Below, piece by piece: positions 1-10,470 of a stretch of DNA of 64,000 bases (position 1 is its first letter; every line of letters begins with the position of its first letter). The notes below the pieces were generated by a model, which was given only the letters and a program-made list of their open reading frames with translations, was not told the DNA's origin and searched no databases. The translations under genes were made by a program, and so were the position numbers. The stretch is from Octopus bimaculoides (Eukaryota). Location: NCBI RefSeq assembly GCF_001194135.2, contig NC_068983.1:68676950-68740949 (forward strand), in the 5' to 3' direction.

Positions 1-190
1 CACCAAGATTTAATAAGGGGTTTATGATCTGCGCATGCTTGTGTGTATTTGTTCTTGTATGTACATACACTTGTATGTTATCTATGGATATATGTATTTA
101 AATATCTATAAGTACAGTAGAAAACCTATATTTATGGTACAAATACTGTAGGCATCACACACAAACACACTCACTCATAATTTCTCTCTA

Positions 191-231
<41 letters not shown>

Positions 232-309
232 TGCATACACACACATTACAAGACTTCCATTTTCCTTTTCAAACAATGAAATTAGAAATAATTTGAAACT
301 GGTTCTTAC

Positions 310-376
310 TTGCCAGAAATGTGAGTGACCCAAGAGTAAAAGCTCTGTTCTGACACTGTGCATAGGTACGGAAGTG
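310..376 (-). CDS. TMEM141: TMEM141 coding exon 2 (HFRTYAQCQNRAFTLGSLTFLA+1 nt); gene continues beyond left edge
   Basis: On the minus strand: acceptor ctaaattcctttgttattacAG, a 67-nt exon, donor GTAAGA. It joins exon 1 in phase 0. VSEKFP-HFRTYAQCQNRAFTLGSLTF aligns by eye with human TMEM141 [26 protein letters not shown] (recalled sequence). Confidence 0.8.
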
Positions 377-484
377 CTGTAATAACAAAGGAATTTAGAT
401 GAGAAACTGAAACAGAAGGGAAACACGTGACAATCCTGTCATCATTATCATCAGCATCACTATCTTCATCATAACTATTCTCAC

Positions 485-772
485 AGAGGCAATGATTGAG
501 ACCTTTGGCATTATGTTGTGCTTGAGAAGAAGACCCATCAAGCAGAGCAAAATCACAGTCATAGCAAATGGCACCTGTGCAAGTGGCACATAAAATCACC
601 CAATACACTCTCAGAGTGATTGGTGTTAAGAAGGGCATCCAGCCATAGAAAACTATGCTAAATCAGACTGGAGTCTGGTGCAAATTTCTGGCTTACCAGC
701 CCTGGTCAAACCGTTCAACCTATGCCAACATGGACAACAGATGTTAAATGATGATAATGATGATGATGATTT
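485..772 (+). mobile_element. RTE 3'-end fragment
   Basis: GGTGTTAAGAAGGGCATCCAGC...CATGGACAACAGATGTTAAAT(GAT)n. Confidence 0.8.
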
Positions 773-2179
773 CATCATTAATAACATTGTTGTTTCATCA
801 CTGTTTTACTGTTTACTCATCATTACCATTATCACCATCATAATAATCAATCAACCTCCTCATTATCATCATGTTTGTTTTTATTGTTGTGTTATATCAG
901 TTCCTGAGAATCAAAAGTGACCACATCAATAAAGTAAAGTGGGGTGAGACATATCTTTCAACTCCCTCCATTTGCTTTGTGTTCAGGGCCAAGAAGACAC
1001 TTTACACCTAATGGCTGACACCACCTACCTATAAATAAGAAACAAGAGGCAGTATTAGCAGGTGTGCTGTGTATTATTGAAGACTGACTTATTACCTTAC
1101 AAGAACGAGTTCCCCTTATCTAGTTGAAAGGTATAGAATACTCTACCCAGCTGATTTGTTAACAGTAATTATCTTCTAAACCTCAACAGGTTTTCAAAAG
1201 CCATGATTAGCTTTCATTTTATGATATTGTACACAGAATTTTAAAACATCTTGGACAGAAAACCTTTTTTACTGCAGGTAACATTCACAAGTGATCTGAT
1301 ATTTATTTTTAATGACAGTTATATATGAATCTACAAACACAAAACATCTGTGGTATATTGGAACTTGAGTAGGTAGTATAACTTATTCTCTCAACCATCT
1401 CACCTCTTCTCTAAGCTGACTTATTCTAAATACACAACTATCTTCAGTAGTATTACAACCAATCAATGGGTCACATAAGTGTAATACTACCTTACATCTT
1501 CCTTCCCATACTAGCATGGGTGGGATAGATTTTGTTTGAGCAATTGATTTATTTCTATAGCTGGATGTTCTTCCAACTACAAACCATTTAACTATAGTCA
1601 TAAAACCTGGTTCAAGTAAAACTGAAGCAAACAGTTATGATGATTGCCTAACAATACAATGGATAGCATCATTATGAGGTCTATTGTCACCTTCATGTTC
1701 TTCATTCACACCACTTTCACTGGCATTCACATATGAATGATATTTTTTTTCTTTTCTTCCATAATAAAATCATTACTTTTGCAGGGGACCCATCCTTGCA
1801 CTGAATCATCAAAGAATCCATTTTGAGCTCAAATGAATTTAGAAGGCAACTTAGCATCCAAGACATTAGCAGATGTATGAAACAGATCTGTTTATGCCAG
1901 GGGTCAGCAAACTTCTTACACTGACCCTTTCATGGAATCATTGATAACTTATCAACCCGCATCATGTAAATTCTAAAATAAAATTAAAAATTACAATTTA
2001 AAAAAATATTCTTGATTTAAAAGCAATAATTCTTACATTTGTGTCATTATTTTTTAAAGAAATTTAATGAAAATATCTAAGGTAATTGATAAAGAACAAT
2101 AAAAGTTCAATCTTATTATATTGATATGTGAAATATGTTCGGTGAATACTAGTTATTATATCTAGAATTGGCTGGAAGT

Positions 2180-2485
2180 GAAGGCACATGGCTCAGTGGT
2201 TAGAGCGTCAAGCTTACGATCGTGAGGTTGTGAGTTCGAATCCTGGACCGGGCTACGTGCTGTGCTCTTGAGCAAGACACTTTATTTCACGTTGCTCCAG
2301 TTCACTCAGCTGTAGAAATGAGTTGCGACGTCACAGGTACCAAGCTGTATCGGCCTTTGCCTTTCCCTTGGATAATACTGGTGGCGTGGAGAGGGGAAAC
2401 CAGTATGCATGGGCGACTGCTGGCCTTCCATAAATAACTTTGCCCAGACTTGTGCCTTGGAGGGGAACTTTCTAGGTGCAATCTG
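2180..2485 (+). mobile_element. tRNA-derived SINE (family B)
   Basis: A box TGGCTCAGTGG, B box GAGTTCGAATCC, then a CACTCAGCTGT core. Related copies at 14735-14988 (-) and 16120-16245 (+). Confidence 0.8.
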
Positions 2486-3892
2486 AAGGGGGTCTCAGCA
2501 ATTGGCTATGACATGTTCAAACAAATGTCAAAATAATGATTTCCATTACAGAACATGCACGTTTTATTCATATCAACATAAACCAGGGGTGAGCAAACTG
2601 GCCAGTCTCGACTCCTGGGGATTTGTGTGACTATCCAAGGGGTCAATAAACACCTGATATGAGTTTGAGCATTAAAGGTGATAAATTATTTGCACCCTGA
2701 ATATGGAAGAGCACAATAATTTAAGGTTAAAACTCACTAATTTCCAGCCAATTATATAGATACAATAACTAGTTTTCACCGAACATATTTCACATATTTT
2801 TAAATGCAAATAGAGTATGATTTCAGGGAAATTTGGCTGCTTTTTTTAGCAAGTCACGAGACCATACAGAGGCTCCCATCATCGTCTTGGCTGTAGGAAT
2901 AACAGTCCTAAAGTCAAGAACTTAATACATTCCATTACAAAATTTACGTTAGATTAAGTTGGGATGTTACATTTAGTAGGTTCCGTGTAATGTAGTTGAT
3001 GTTCGGTAACTATTCCTGGATAGAATTTTATCTATCGTTACCATTTCCCTAGTTAAGATAAGCTGAAATTACGGGATATAAAATGTTAGGTCTTTGTCCG
3101 AAAACAGAACGAAAGATGTGCAGTGGGAAATTGTATACACACACACTAGAGTTGACTGGGATTTCAAGTTCCACTTTAATGGCTTTTTTAGTTGTAGTTC
3201 GTTATTTTTTTAACCAGTCTTGTTGAACATAAGCTCTTAAAATGAAAAATTAGAAGTCTCGGTCAACTTTGTATGATTGATAACCTTGACTCTACTAATA
3301 GTATAATTCCATCACCATTTATTATCTTTTTTTTTTAACACTATTCAAGTTTCAAATTTTGATTGTATGGGTTACGAAGTATCCGTCATAGGACAATCAA
3401 TCCCACTGACTTCGGATCAAGAAGTGAGGTTTATGGTACCCACTAGAACAGTTGAGGCTAAACAACGGCCAAGAGAAAAATAACCTTTAATTTTGTTTTT
3501 AGTAGTGCGGCTAGTCTGATGATGAGTTTGTGTCTCATGCGGCCCGCTTCTAGATAAAAGGTTACCTATGCTTGCCCCTAAAACATCAACGCCGTAAATA
3601 AGCCCATCTCGATGCTTAGTGTTCAGAAAAAATATACATGTATTGCCTTATTTTATTTGAGTAGGAATCGTAAATGGTCCTCTGACACAATATATAAGGA
3701 TCTATTTGTATATGTACTGGTATATTTATGTTTCGAAATCAATGTGTGTAACCTGTTATATAAACAAACCAGATACGTTACACCTGATGAATATTTCTTT
3801 GTAGCATATTAGAGAATTACTTTGTCATAGTTTTCACGCTGTTGTGTTGATAAAACTAATTCAAATTAAAATGAAAGAGTCAAAAATCTTAC

Positions 3893-3958
3893 TGGGAATT
3901 TCTCGGACACTTCTTCGGCAATAACTTCTTTACTTCGAAGCTGATGATGTCCCCCCAT
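3893..3958 (-). CDS. TMEM141: TMEM141 coding exon 1 (MGGHHQLRSKEVIAEEVSEKFP)
   Basis: ATG at 3958 with an in-frame TGA three codons upstream, 22 codons, then donor CCA|GTAAGA. It lies in a CpG-retaining region. Confidence 0.75.
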
Positions 3959-4514
3959 ATTCAGTCAAAACAACACTGGCCTGTCTTGATGTTCAGTATA
4001 TATATATTATTTAACTACAGCGTATAATTTAAGAGCATTTAGCGCACGAACCTACATCGAACCGAATAGCATTTCATTGATTTATTTTATCACCTTTTTT
4101 TTCTTTTCAACATTTAGGATCTTTCTGATTTGGTGGCTAATTTATAGATACTGTATAGACAAGAACATTGAAACCCTAATTATCCCTCGTTTATAAATCT
4201 AGGTAATATATGTAATCGTAACCAAAGACATTACGGTAGAGCCCATCTGGACTTTACACACACACACACACATACATACGTCAATATATACATAGCAACA
4301 CCATGGGCGAACACACATATACAGAGGAATTGTACCATTTTTTTTCTCCGGATCTTAGGACAGCAGCAACAAAATGGGATGTGAGAATGGGGCTGAGGGG
4401 AAGGCCACACTGCTGCTAAAAACTATGACGCGCGCACGCACGCACGCACACACACACACACACATACACACGCACACAAACACATGCGCACATAAGGATA
4501 CACATCTTAGAGGA

Positions 4515-4564
4515 ACAGAATGGAGTAAGTGGAGCGAAAACACGTTCCACTTACTCCATTCTGT
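4515..4564. other. Perfect 19-bp inverted repeat (hairpin) with 12-nt loop
   Basis: ACAGAATGGAGTAAGTGGA (4515-4533) is the exact reverse complement of TCCACTTACTCCATTCTGT (4546-4564). Confidence 0.9.
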
Positions 4565-6160
4565 GAAGTGTCGCTGAAGAGGTCATAGCTGTGGGACGAA
4601 AGATTTCCGGACAATGGACACGAATTAAAAAAAAAAAAAAAGGAACAGTAATAAGTGAAGGAAAAACATATAGTGCGTGTGTTTATTTGGCAGGAAAAAA
4701 AATGACCGTCCTGAAATACAACAATATATATAGGTATATAAATAATATATATGTATATATGCATATATACACATATGCATAGATGGGTACAGGACGTCAC
4801 CAACTGTAAACAACATGAAATACGAAAACAAATGAGTTCAATAAACAAACTACAAGAGAAACAAATGGAAAACAGGACAAGTAACATAAAGAACGACCCT
4901 TCATCAGTTGTTGGCTGTCTACCTACTCCTCATTTTGAGCATTGAACGGCAATATGAGTCTTCAAAGACAGTTGCCCCTATAAGTACCAAAATAAAATTT
5001 GGGATTTATGGAGGGTCAAAGTTGGGAACAAAAACAGGACAGTGGAGGCATACAAGGAAACCAAATGAAAACAGACATGGAGGGTCATTAGACCTGAACA
5101 AGGCTAAAATAGCGAACACTGAAGAAATATTTTCTTTGTCAGGAGAAAAGACAGAAGAGAGAGAATGGATACATCAAGTCCTTAGGACAGTCCTAAAGGA
5201 AAAGAAGGATGATCACGTGAGGAAAAGAAAGATGGACAATGGTCATATGATAGCAATGAGAGACTGCTTTTGATAAAATGAATTTTGATCGAAATCTAGC
5301 CTAGCCATATATGATGTGTTGCAACAACTCTATGCCATATATATATATATATAAAATGCATGTTATTCTTTTATTCTTTTATATGTTTCAGCCCTGAGGC
5401 TAGAGACATTTTTTAAATACTAGTTTCAGTTTAGTTTCTGTTAGTTGACTGTTAGATAGAACAATTTCTGTGCTGATGATGCCTATTGAGGTCGAAGTAC
5501 ATATCAACAGCTGCCCTCTTTCCTTTCAATCAATCAGTCTGTCTTTTCCTTAGTGACATCAATTTTGGAGAATTCTTGATTCTTAAGATTCTTGACTCCC
5601 TTCTCAGAGTTAATACCAGTTGCCACCAAATAATTGGTCTACTCTCTCTGAAAGGGGAGATAATTTCAATAAACCAAGTATTTATCTTGTATGTTATTTA
5701 ATATAACTTTATTAATTTTTGTCGTTTAAATTCATGCTACTGGCCACTCTGAATTGATTCTCTTAGTTCATTTCTGTTTCATATACTAACATCACACACA
5801 CATGCACACATGCATGCACATGTGCACTCACGCACGCACACACACATACACAATCACATAAAGGTAGATAAAAAATAAAAACAGGAAAAAACAACAAAAG
5901 TCAAGAGGACTTACACAGTGAATGCATTAGATTGATGCTCACAGAAGGTTTAAAATGGAAAAAAGAGTAGTTGCGGGCATGGCTCTTTGTCGGAAAGAGG
6001 GAAGAGGTAAAATTCTGGAGAGAAGGAAAAGAATAGTCCAAGAAAAGCACATGTGTTGTTACATAGCTGAAAAATAATTGCCCAGAAGTTGAGAGAAGTA
6101 GAGAAAGTTGATTTTGGAGGCAGGAGAGTGCAAAAATGGCCAGTGTGTATGTGTGTTTAT

Positions 6161-6204
<44 letters not shown>

Positions 6205-6206
<2 letters not shown>

Positions 6207-6705
6207 CATCATCATCATCATCATCATCATTATTTTACGTCTGTTTTCCTTGCTGGCATGGGTTAGACAGTTTGATTGGGGACTGGCAAGCCAGTAGGCT
6301 GCACCAGGCTCCAATCTGATCTGGCAATGTTTCTACAGCTGGGTGCCCTTCCTAATGCCAACCACTCAGAAAGTGTAGTGGCTGTTTACTGCATGCCACC
6401 AGCATGAAAGCCAGTCAGGCAGCACTGGCATCAGTCATAACTACAGTTTCCACTTTGATTGTGATTTCATTTTTGATTTTACTTGACTCAATAGGTCTCC
6501 TCAAGCACGGCGTGTTGCCCAACGATTCAAGGGTACTTTTTAAATGAGCTGGTTATGTGACACTGGTATAGGCTATGGCTGTGATCTCACTTTACTTACC
6601 GGGTCTTCTCAATCACAGCATATCTCTGGCGGTTTCAGTCTCTTGAGGCCTCTGCGAGGCCCAACGTTCGAAGGTCCTGCTTCACCACCTCATCTCAGCA
6701 GTGAT
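6205..6705 (-). mobile_element. RTE 3'-end fragment at a (TA)n tract
   Basis: (CAT)n tail followed by the family 3' UTR in reverse. Confidence 0.82.
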
Positions 6706-7530
6706 GAGTCTAAAAAATTTCTTTAAGAGGATATGGGCCAACAGCTTTTTGGGATCTGACGTTATGCCATAAAGCTAAACCATTTATAGACGGGAAATCT
6801 AAGGTATTCCCATAAACTGGCCTTCCCCATTTTTAATATATGCTGCTCTACAACTTCTTTTGGATTTGTTTTCTACAAACGATAGTGGCAGATACCAGTG
6901 TCACACAAATGGCACCCATGCTGGTGGCACATAAAAGCACCCATTACACTTTTGGAGTGGTTGGTGTTAGGAAGAGCATTCAGCTGTAGAAACCATGCCA
7001 AATCAGACTGGAGCCTGGTGTAGCCTTCCAGCTTGCCACCCCTCGATAGATGAATATGTATGTATGTTTGTGCGTGCGTGTGTGTGTGTGTGTGTGTGTA
7101 AACATGTACCTCACAAAAAGTATTGAGTAATCCTTCTGTTTAATGTCAAATTACTTTTATATGTTTTAACAANNNNNNNNNNNNNNNNNNNNNNNNNNNN
7201 NNNNNNNNNNNNNNNNNNNNNNNNNNNNNNNNNNNNNNNNNNNNNNNNNNNNNNNNNNNNNNNNNNNNNNNNNNNNNNNNNNNNNNNNNNNNNNNNNNNN
7301 NNNNNNNNNNNNNNNNNNNNNNNNNNNNNNNNNNNNNNNNNNNNNNNNNNNNNNNNNTATATACATACATACATATACACACACAGTTATTACCGATAAA
7401 TGTACGTGTATATTGATTCCTATAAGTTACTTTTTCTAAACTCTGTGAACTAAATATAAAACTTGCGTTCGATTGAAGTCCTTGTAAGAACTGGCTCTGT
7501 TTGTCCCGAGTCAAATGTTACCAGTTCAAC

Positions 7531-7646
7531 ATGGCTGACATCCGACTCGCGAGTTCATCTGTTCGGACAAAAAACAAGTTTCAGCCTTCAGTAGAGAACT
7601 TGGTTACTCCAGGAGATGTTATTACATCAGACACATGTTTCATGAG
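7531..7646 (+). CDS. EXOSC2: EXOSC2/RRP4 exosome cap subunit, exon 1 (MADIRLASSSVRTKNKFQPSVENLVTPGDVITSDTCFM-R)
   Basis: ATG in strong context (caacATGG). LVTPGDVITSD..FMR matches the RRP4 N-terminus. Donor AG|GTAAGT, phase 2. Confidence 0.93.
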
Positions 7647-8439
7647 GTAAGTTTAAAATGATGGTTGACTAACATTAAATTCATCCTTATTTTTCCTTGT
7701 GTTTATTTTCAGCTTCCCGCTTAAAGTTGATAGCTTCACGTTGCTGTGATGTTTAGAATGTTTTGATTATAAAGGAGCTCAGAGTTCACGGCATTGAATA
7801 AGTGTGTAGTTAGAAGTAAAGTTTTAAAGAATTTAGAGTCAGATCCCACTTCATGGAAAGAATCTTTTCAGTTTGTAAAGTTCATTTGCAACCGCTCAAA
7901 ACATTTCTCAAATTTTATACTGCGCGAAACCTTGTGATTCCAGCATGTGCAACATCATGAAATTTATTTACTGAATTTTGTCGATCACCATGACTCTCCT
8001 TGAACATTATATTTCTTTGGATAAATTATTAGGAGAAAGCTATCATTCCTACCCAATATCACGATTATTAAGAACTATATTTTTACGGGTATCAATGGGG
8101 AAATGATAAATATTAAATTATGCCCTGAATGTACACTTCAATCGGGTTCGAAACAGAATCGCTTTAATCAGTCTGAACTTTCCCACTGCCGACAAAGGGA
8201 GCCAACCGGATCTAATTCTAATCGATATAGAAAACACGCCAACAATACTGGAAACAGAATGTCTAAAGATTTACCTACTGCAAAGTAGACTATATTTCCC
8301 TATCAAAGCAAATACATGTGATCTGATGAGTGAACTAACAGACGTACAAGAAACCGTTCATAGCAGGCGCTACCAGCAAATAAAAACAAACCAAAGTATC
8401 TGGACTAAATTCAAAACATACTTGGATCGTAGGGCGACC

Positions 8440-8763
8440 TGCTGTGCTTGAAGAGAACTATTGAGTCAAGTACATCAACATCAAAATGAAAATCAAATGG
8501 AAATTGTAGTTGTGATACCCGTGCTGGTGGCACGTAAAAAGCACCAACCGATCGTGGCCGTTGCCAGCCTCCTCTAGCCCCTGTGCCAGTGGAACGTAAA
8601 AAGCACCCACTACACTCACAAAGTGGTTAGCGTTAGGAAGGGCATCCAGCTGTAGAAACACTGCCAGATCAGACTAGAGCAACCTCCTGGCTTCCCAGAC
8701 CCCGGTTGAACCGTCCAACCCATGCTAGCATGGAAAACGGACGTTAAACGATGATGATGATGA
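8440..8763 (+). mobile_element. RTE 3'-end fragment
   Basis: GCATGGAAAACGGACGTTAAAC(GAT)n end. Confidence 0.85.
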
Positions 8764-9402
8764 CTTCTCAGTATGACTTAACTGTTAATGCCACAGAAAG
8801 CCATGAGTACTATCTGGTGGTGTTGTATACAAACGTGTCCTATAGAGCTACTTATTTTAGTTATAGAGCTATTTACTTAGTTTAATTAGTTTATTAAAGG
8901 CAGCTCTAAAATTATTTCTTCAAGATAGTTGAATACAATTCTGAAAAGCTCTTTCTTTTGCTAAACTAGATGAATAACAGAATGTGAATCGACTGGTTAG
9001 CATGTAAAAAAAGCAAGTTTGGTTTGTAAAGGTGGGAAACTGGCATGTCTTGTGTAATACAAGGTACATTGCTGAATGTACATCTGTGAGGTGTGAGATT
9101 TTCAAAGTTACCATTAATGTAGACGACAGGCTATAGTGTTATTTAGTATAAAACTGAAACTGTTTAAAAACATCAGACACATATACAAATGGTATAACAA
9201 TACAAATTGATCTCAAGAAATGGAAAATGAAGTCAGTTAAGGAAGGAAGGTTAGAAACTTTGGGCAAAACAGGGTTCAGAGTGAGAGAACCCATGGGTGA
9301 GAAGGGATAGTGGGGATGAAAGGCAGCTGTTGATAAGAAAACTAAATAAGGTAAAAAGACATTATTTACTATGGATGGATAGGTGTCCTCACCTTTGTTG
9401 TT

Positions 9403-9448
9403 ATCACAATGTTTTGGCTGATGTACTCCCCAGCCTCCATTAGGTTTT
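9403..9448 (-). ncRNA. Decayed hammerhead motif, inverted partner copy
   Basis: Minus strand reads AAAAC-CTAATGG-A-GGCTG-(10 nt)-CAGCC-AAAAC-ATT-GTGAT. Stem II is intact and the core is mutated. Confidence 0.55.
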
Positions 9449-9735
9449 TTGGTGGAATTTTGAACCCAACCCTTTATTTGACTAATGGGGTATTCTTTTT
9501 TACTGATGTTATTTTTTTTTGTTGATATTATTTCCCAAGTCCCAGTCTGGGATTGAACTCAGAATCCGAGGGTACATAACATAGTGGATAAGAGTGCGGG
9601 CTACTGACACTCGGATTCTGAGGCAGGGACTTGGGAAATAATACCAAAAAAAAAAAAAGAAAACAGAATACCTTAGGAATGAGAACAGGGCACTCCCATT
9701 AGTCAAATAAAGGGTTGGGTTCGAAATTCCACCAG

Positions 9736-9776
9736 AACACCTGATGAAGGCTGGAGAGTACATCAGCCGAAACATA
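9736..9776 (+). ncRNA. Minimal type-I hammerhead ribozyme motif (core intact, 3' strand of stem I deleted)
   Basis: AACAC-CTGATGA-A-GGCTG-(10 nt)-CAGCC-GAAAC-AT. Confidence 0.7.
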
Positions 9777-10368
9777 ACAACAAATAAGGTGAGGACACCT
9801 ATCTGTCCATTGTAAATAATGTACATAATTCCTCTTCTCAAAAATATAGAATGGTGAGGAAAACAGAATTAGATGTTTATATTTTATTACTGACCAATGC
9901 ACAAATAAGATAGAGGAATTGTAACTAAGAATTGCAAACTTCAGACCACAAAGTACTCATATTACTGTAGAACACAAGATATAATTGAATAAAGTTGAAT
10001 TTTGTATTAACAAAGCAATAAACACCTTCCACGCTGCAAACTATAAAGTCTTTTTAAAGAATATTGAAGAGAATAGTGAGAGGATTACTGTTTTATGTAA
10101 ATAGTATGTTAATAGCATTAGGTGAATCTGAACATGGGTTTTGAAGAAAGCTTATTTGTATGAAGGTTGTCCTGAAAGTAATGTATAAGTGGGAATAACT
10201 TTTTTTCATATATATGAATGATATACATAAGGCTTCTCAGCCTGTTAGTGTCCAATTTGAGTTGAAAAATCTCATGGAATTATGGCTCCTGTTGAATGAG
10301 ATTTTAAATCTTTATATATTAATGAGATGATTTATGAAAGACCATTATTTTTTCGTTTTGTTTCATAG

Positions 10369-10470
10369 AGGACATGGCACCTACACAGCGGATGACCGAC
10401 TTCATGCTTCAGTGGCTGGTGTTGTAGAGAGAGTGAATAAGTTGATCTGTGTACGTCCTTTGAAAACGAG
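10369..10470 (+). CDS. EXOSC2: EXOSC2 exon 2 (GHGTYTADDRLHASVAGVVERVNKLICVRPLKT-R)
   Basis: Acceptor tttcatAG, 102 nt, donor GTAAAG. Conserved RRP4 motif GHGTY...ASVAG.VERVNKLI. Confidence 0.96.

Larger units (their letters stand above)
2900..4800. promoter_or_regulatory. CpG-retaining region around the TMEM141 5' end (probable promoter/5' UTR)
   Basis: CpG is visibly more frequent than in the flanking intron. The region spans the TMEM141 start. An ETS-like CCGGAAA motif is on the minus strand near 4604-4610. TSS not determined. Confidence 0.4.
9359..9822. mobile_element. Foldback of two inverted Penelope-like (pLTR-type) fragments
   Basis: 9359-9490 is a near reverse complement of about 9694-9822. 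Inner perfect arms are 9526-9543/9626-9643 and 9558-9570/9610-9622. A hammerhead motif is in each arm. The PLE assignment is inferred from the hammerhead and the inverted layout. Confidence 0.7.

Noticed and set aside
2180-2260. tRNA-like sequences (also 32814, 36770, 47026, 53866, 49255)
   Set aside because: A and B boxes are present, but there is no complete cloverleaf and each runs into a repeated SINE body.
1897-2700. hAT-like (CAGGGGT.AGCAAAC) and Tc1-like (TTTGCACCCTG) terminal motifs
   Set aside because: I could not pair them into elements with matching TIRs or TSDs.
3367-3483. 38-codon plus-strand ORF MGYEVSVIGQSIPLTSDQEVRF...
   Set aside because: No homology recognised; it lies antisense within TMEM141 intron 1 and has a length expected by chance.
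5468-5505. CTGATGA...GAAG hammerhead-like motif
   Set aside because: GAAA is mutated, stem II is imperfect, and there is no stem I or GUH.
3515-8340. TGATGA motifs as C/D snoRNA boxes
   Set aside because: No paired D box with a terminal stem; TGATGA is abundant here because of (GAT)n tails.
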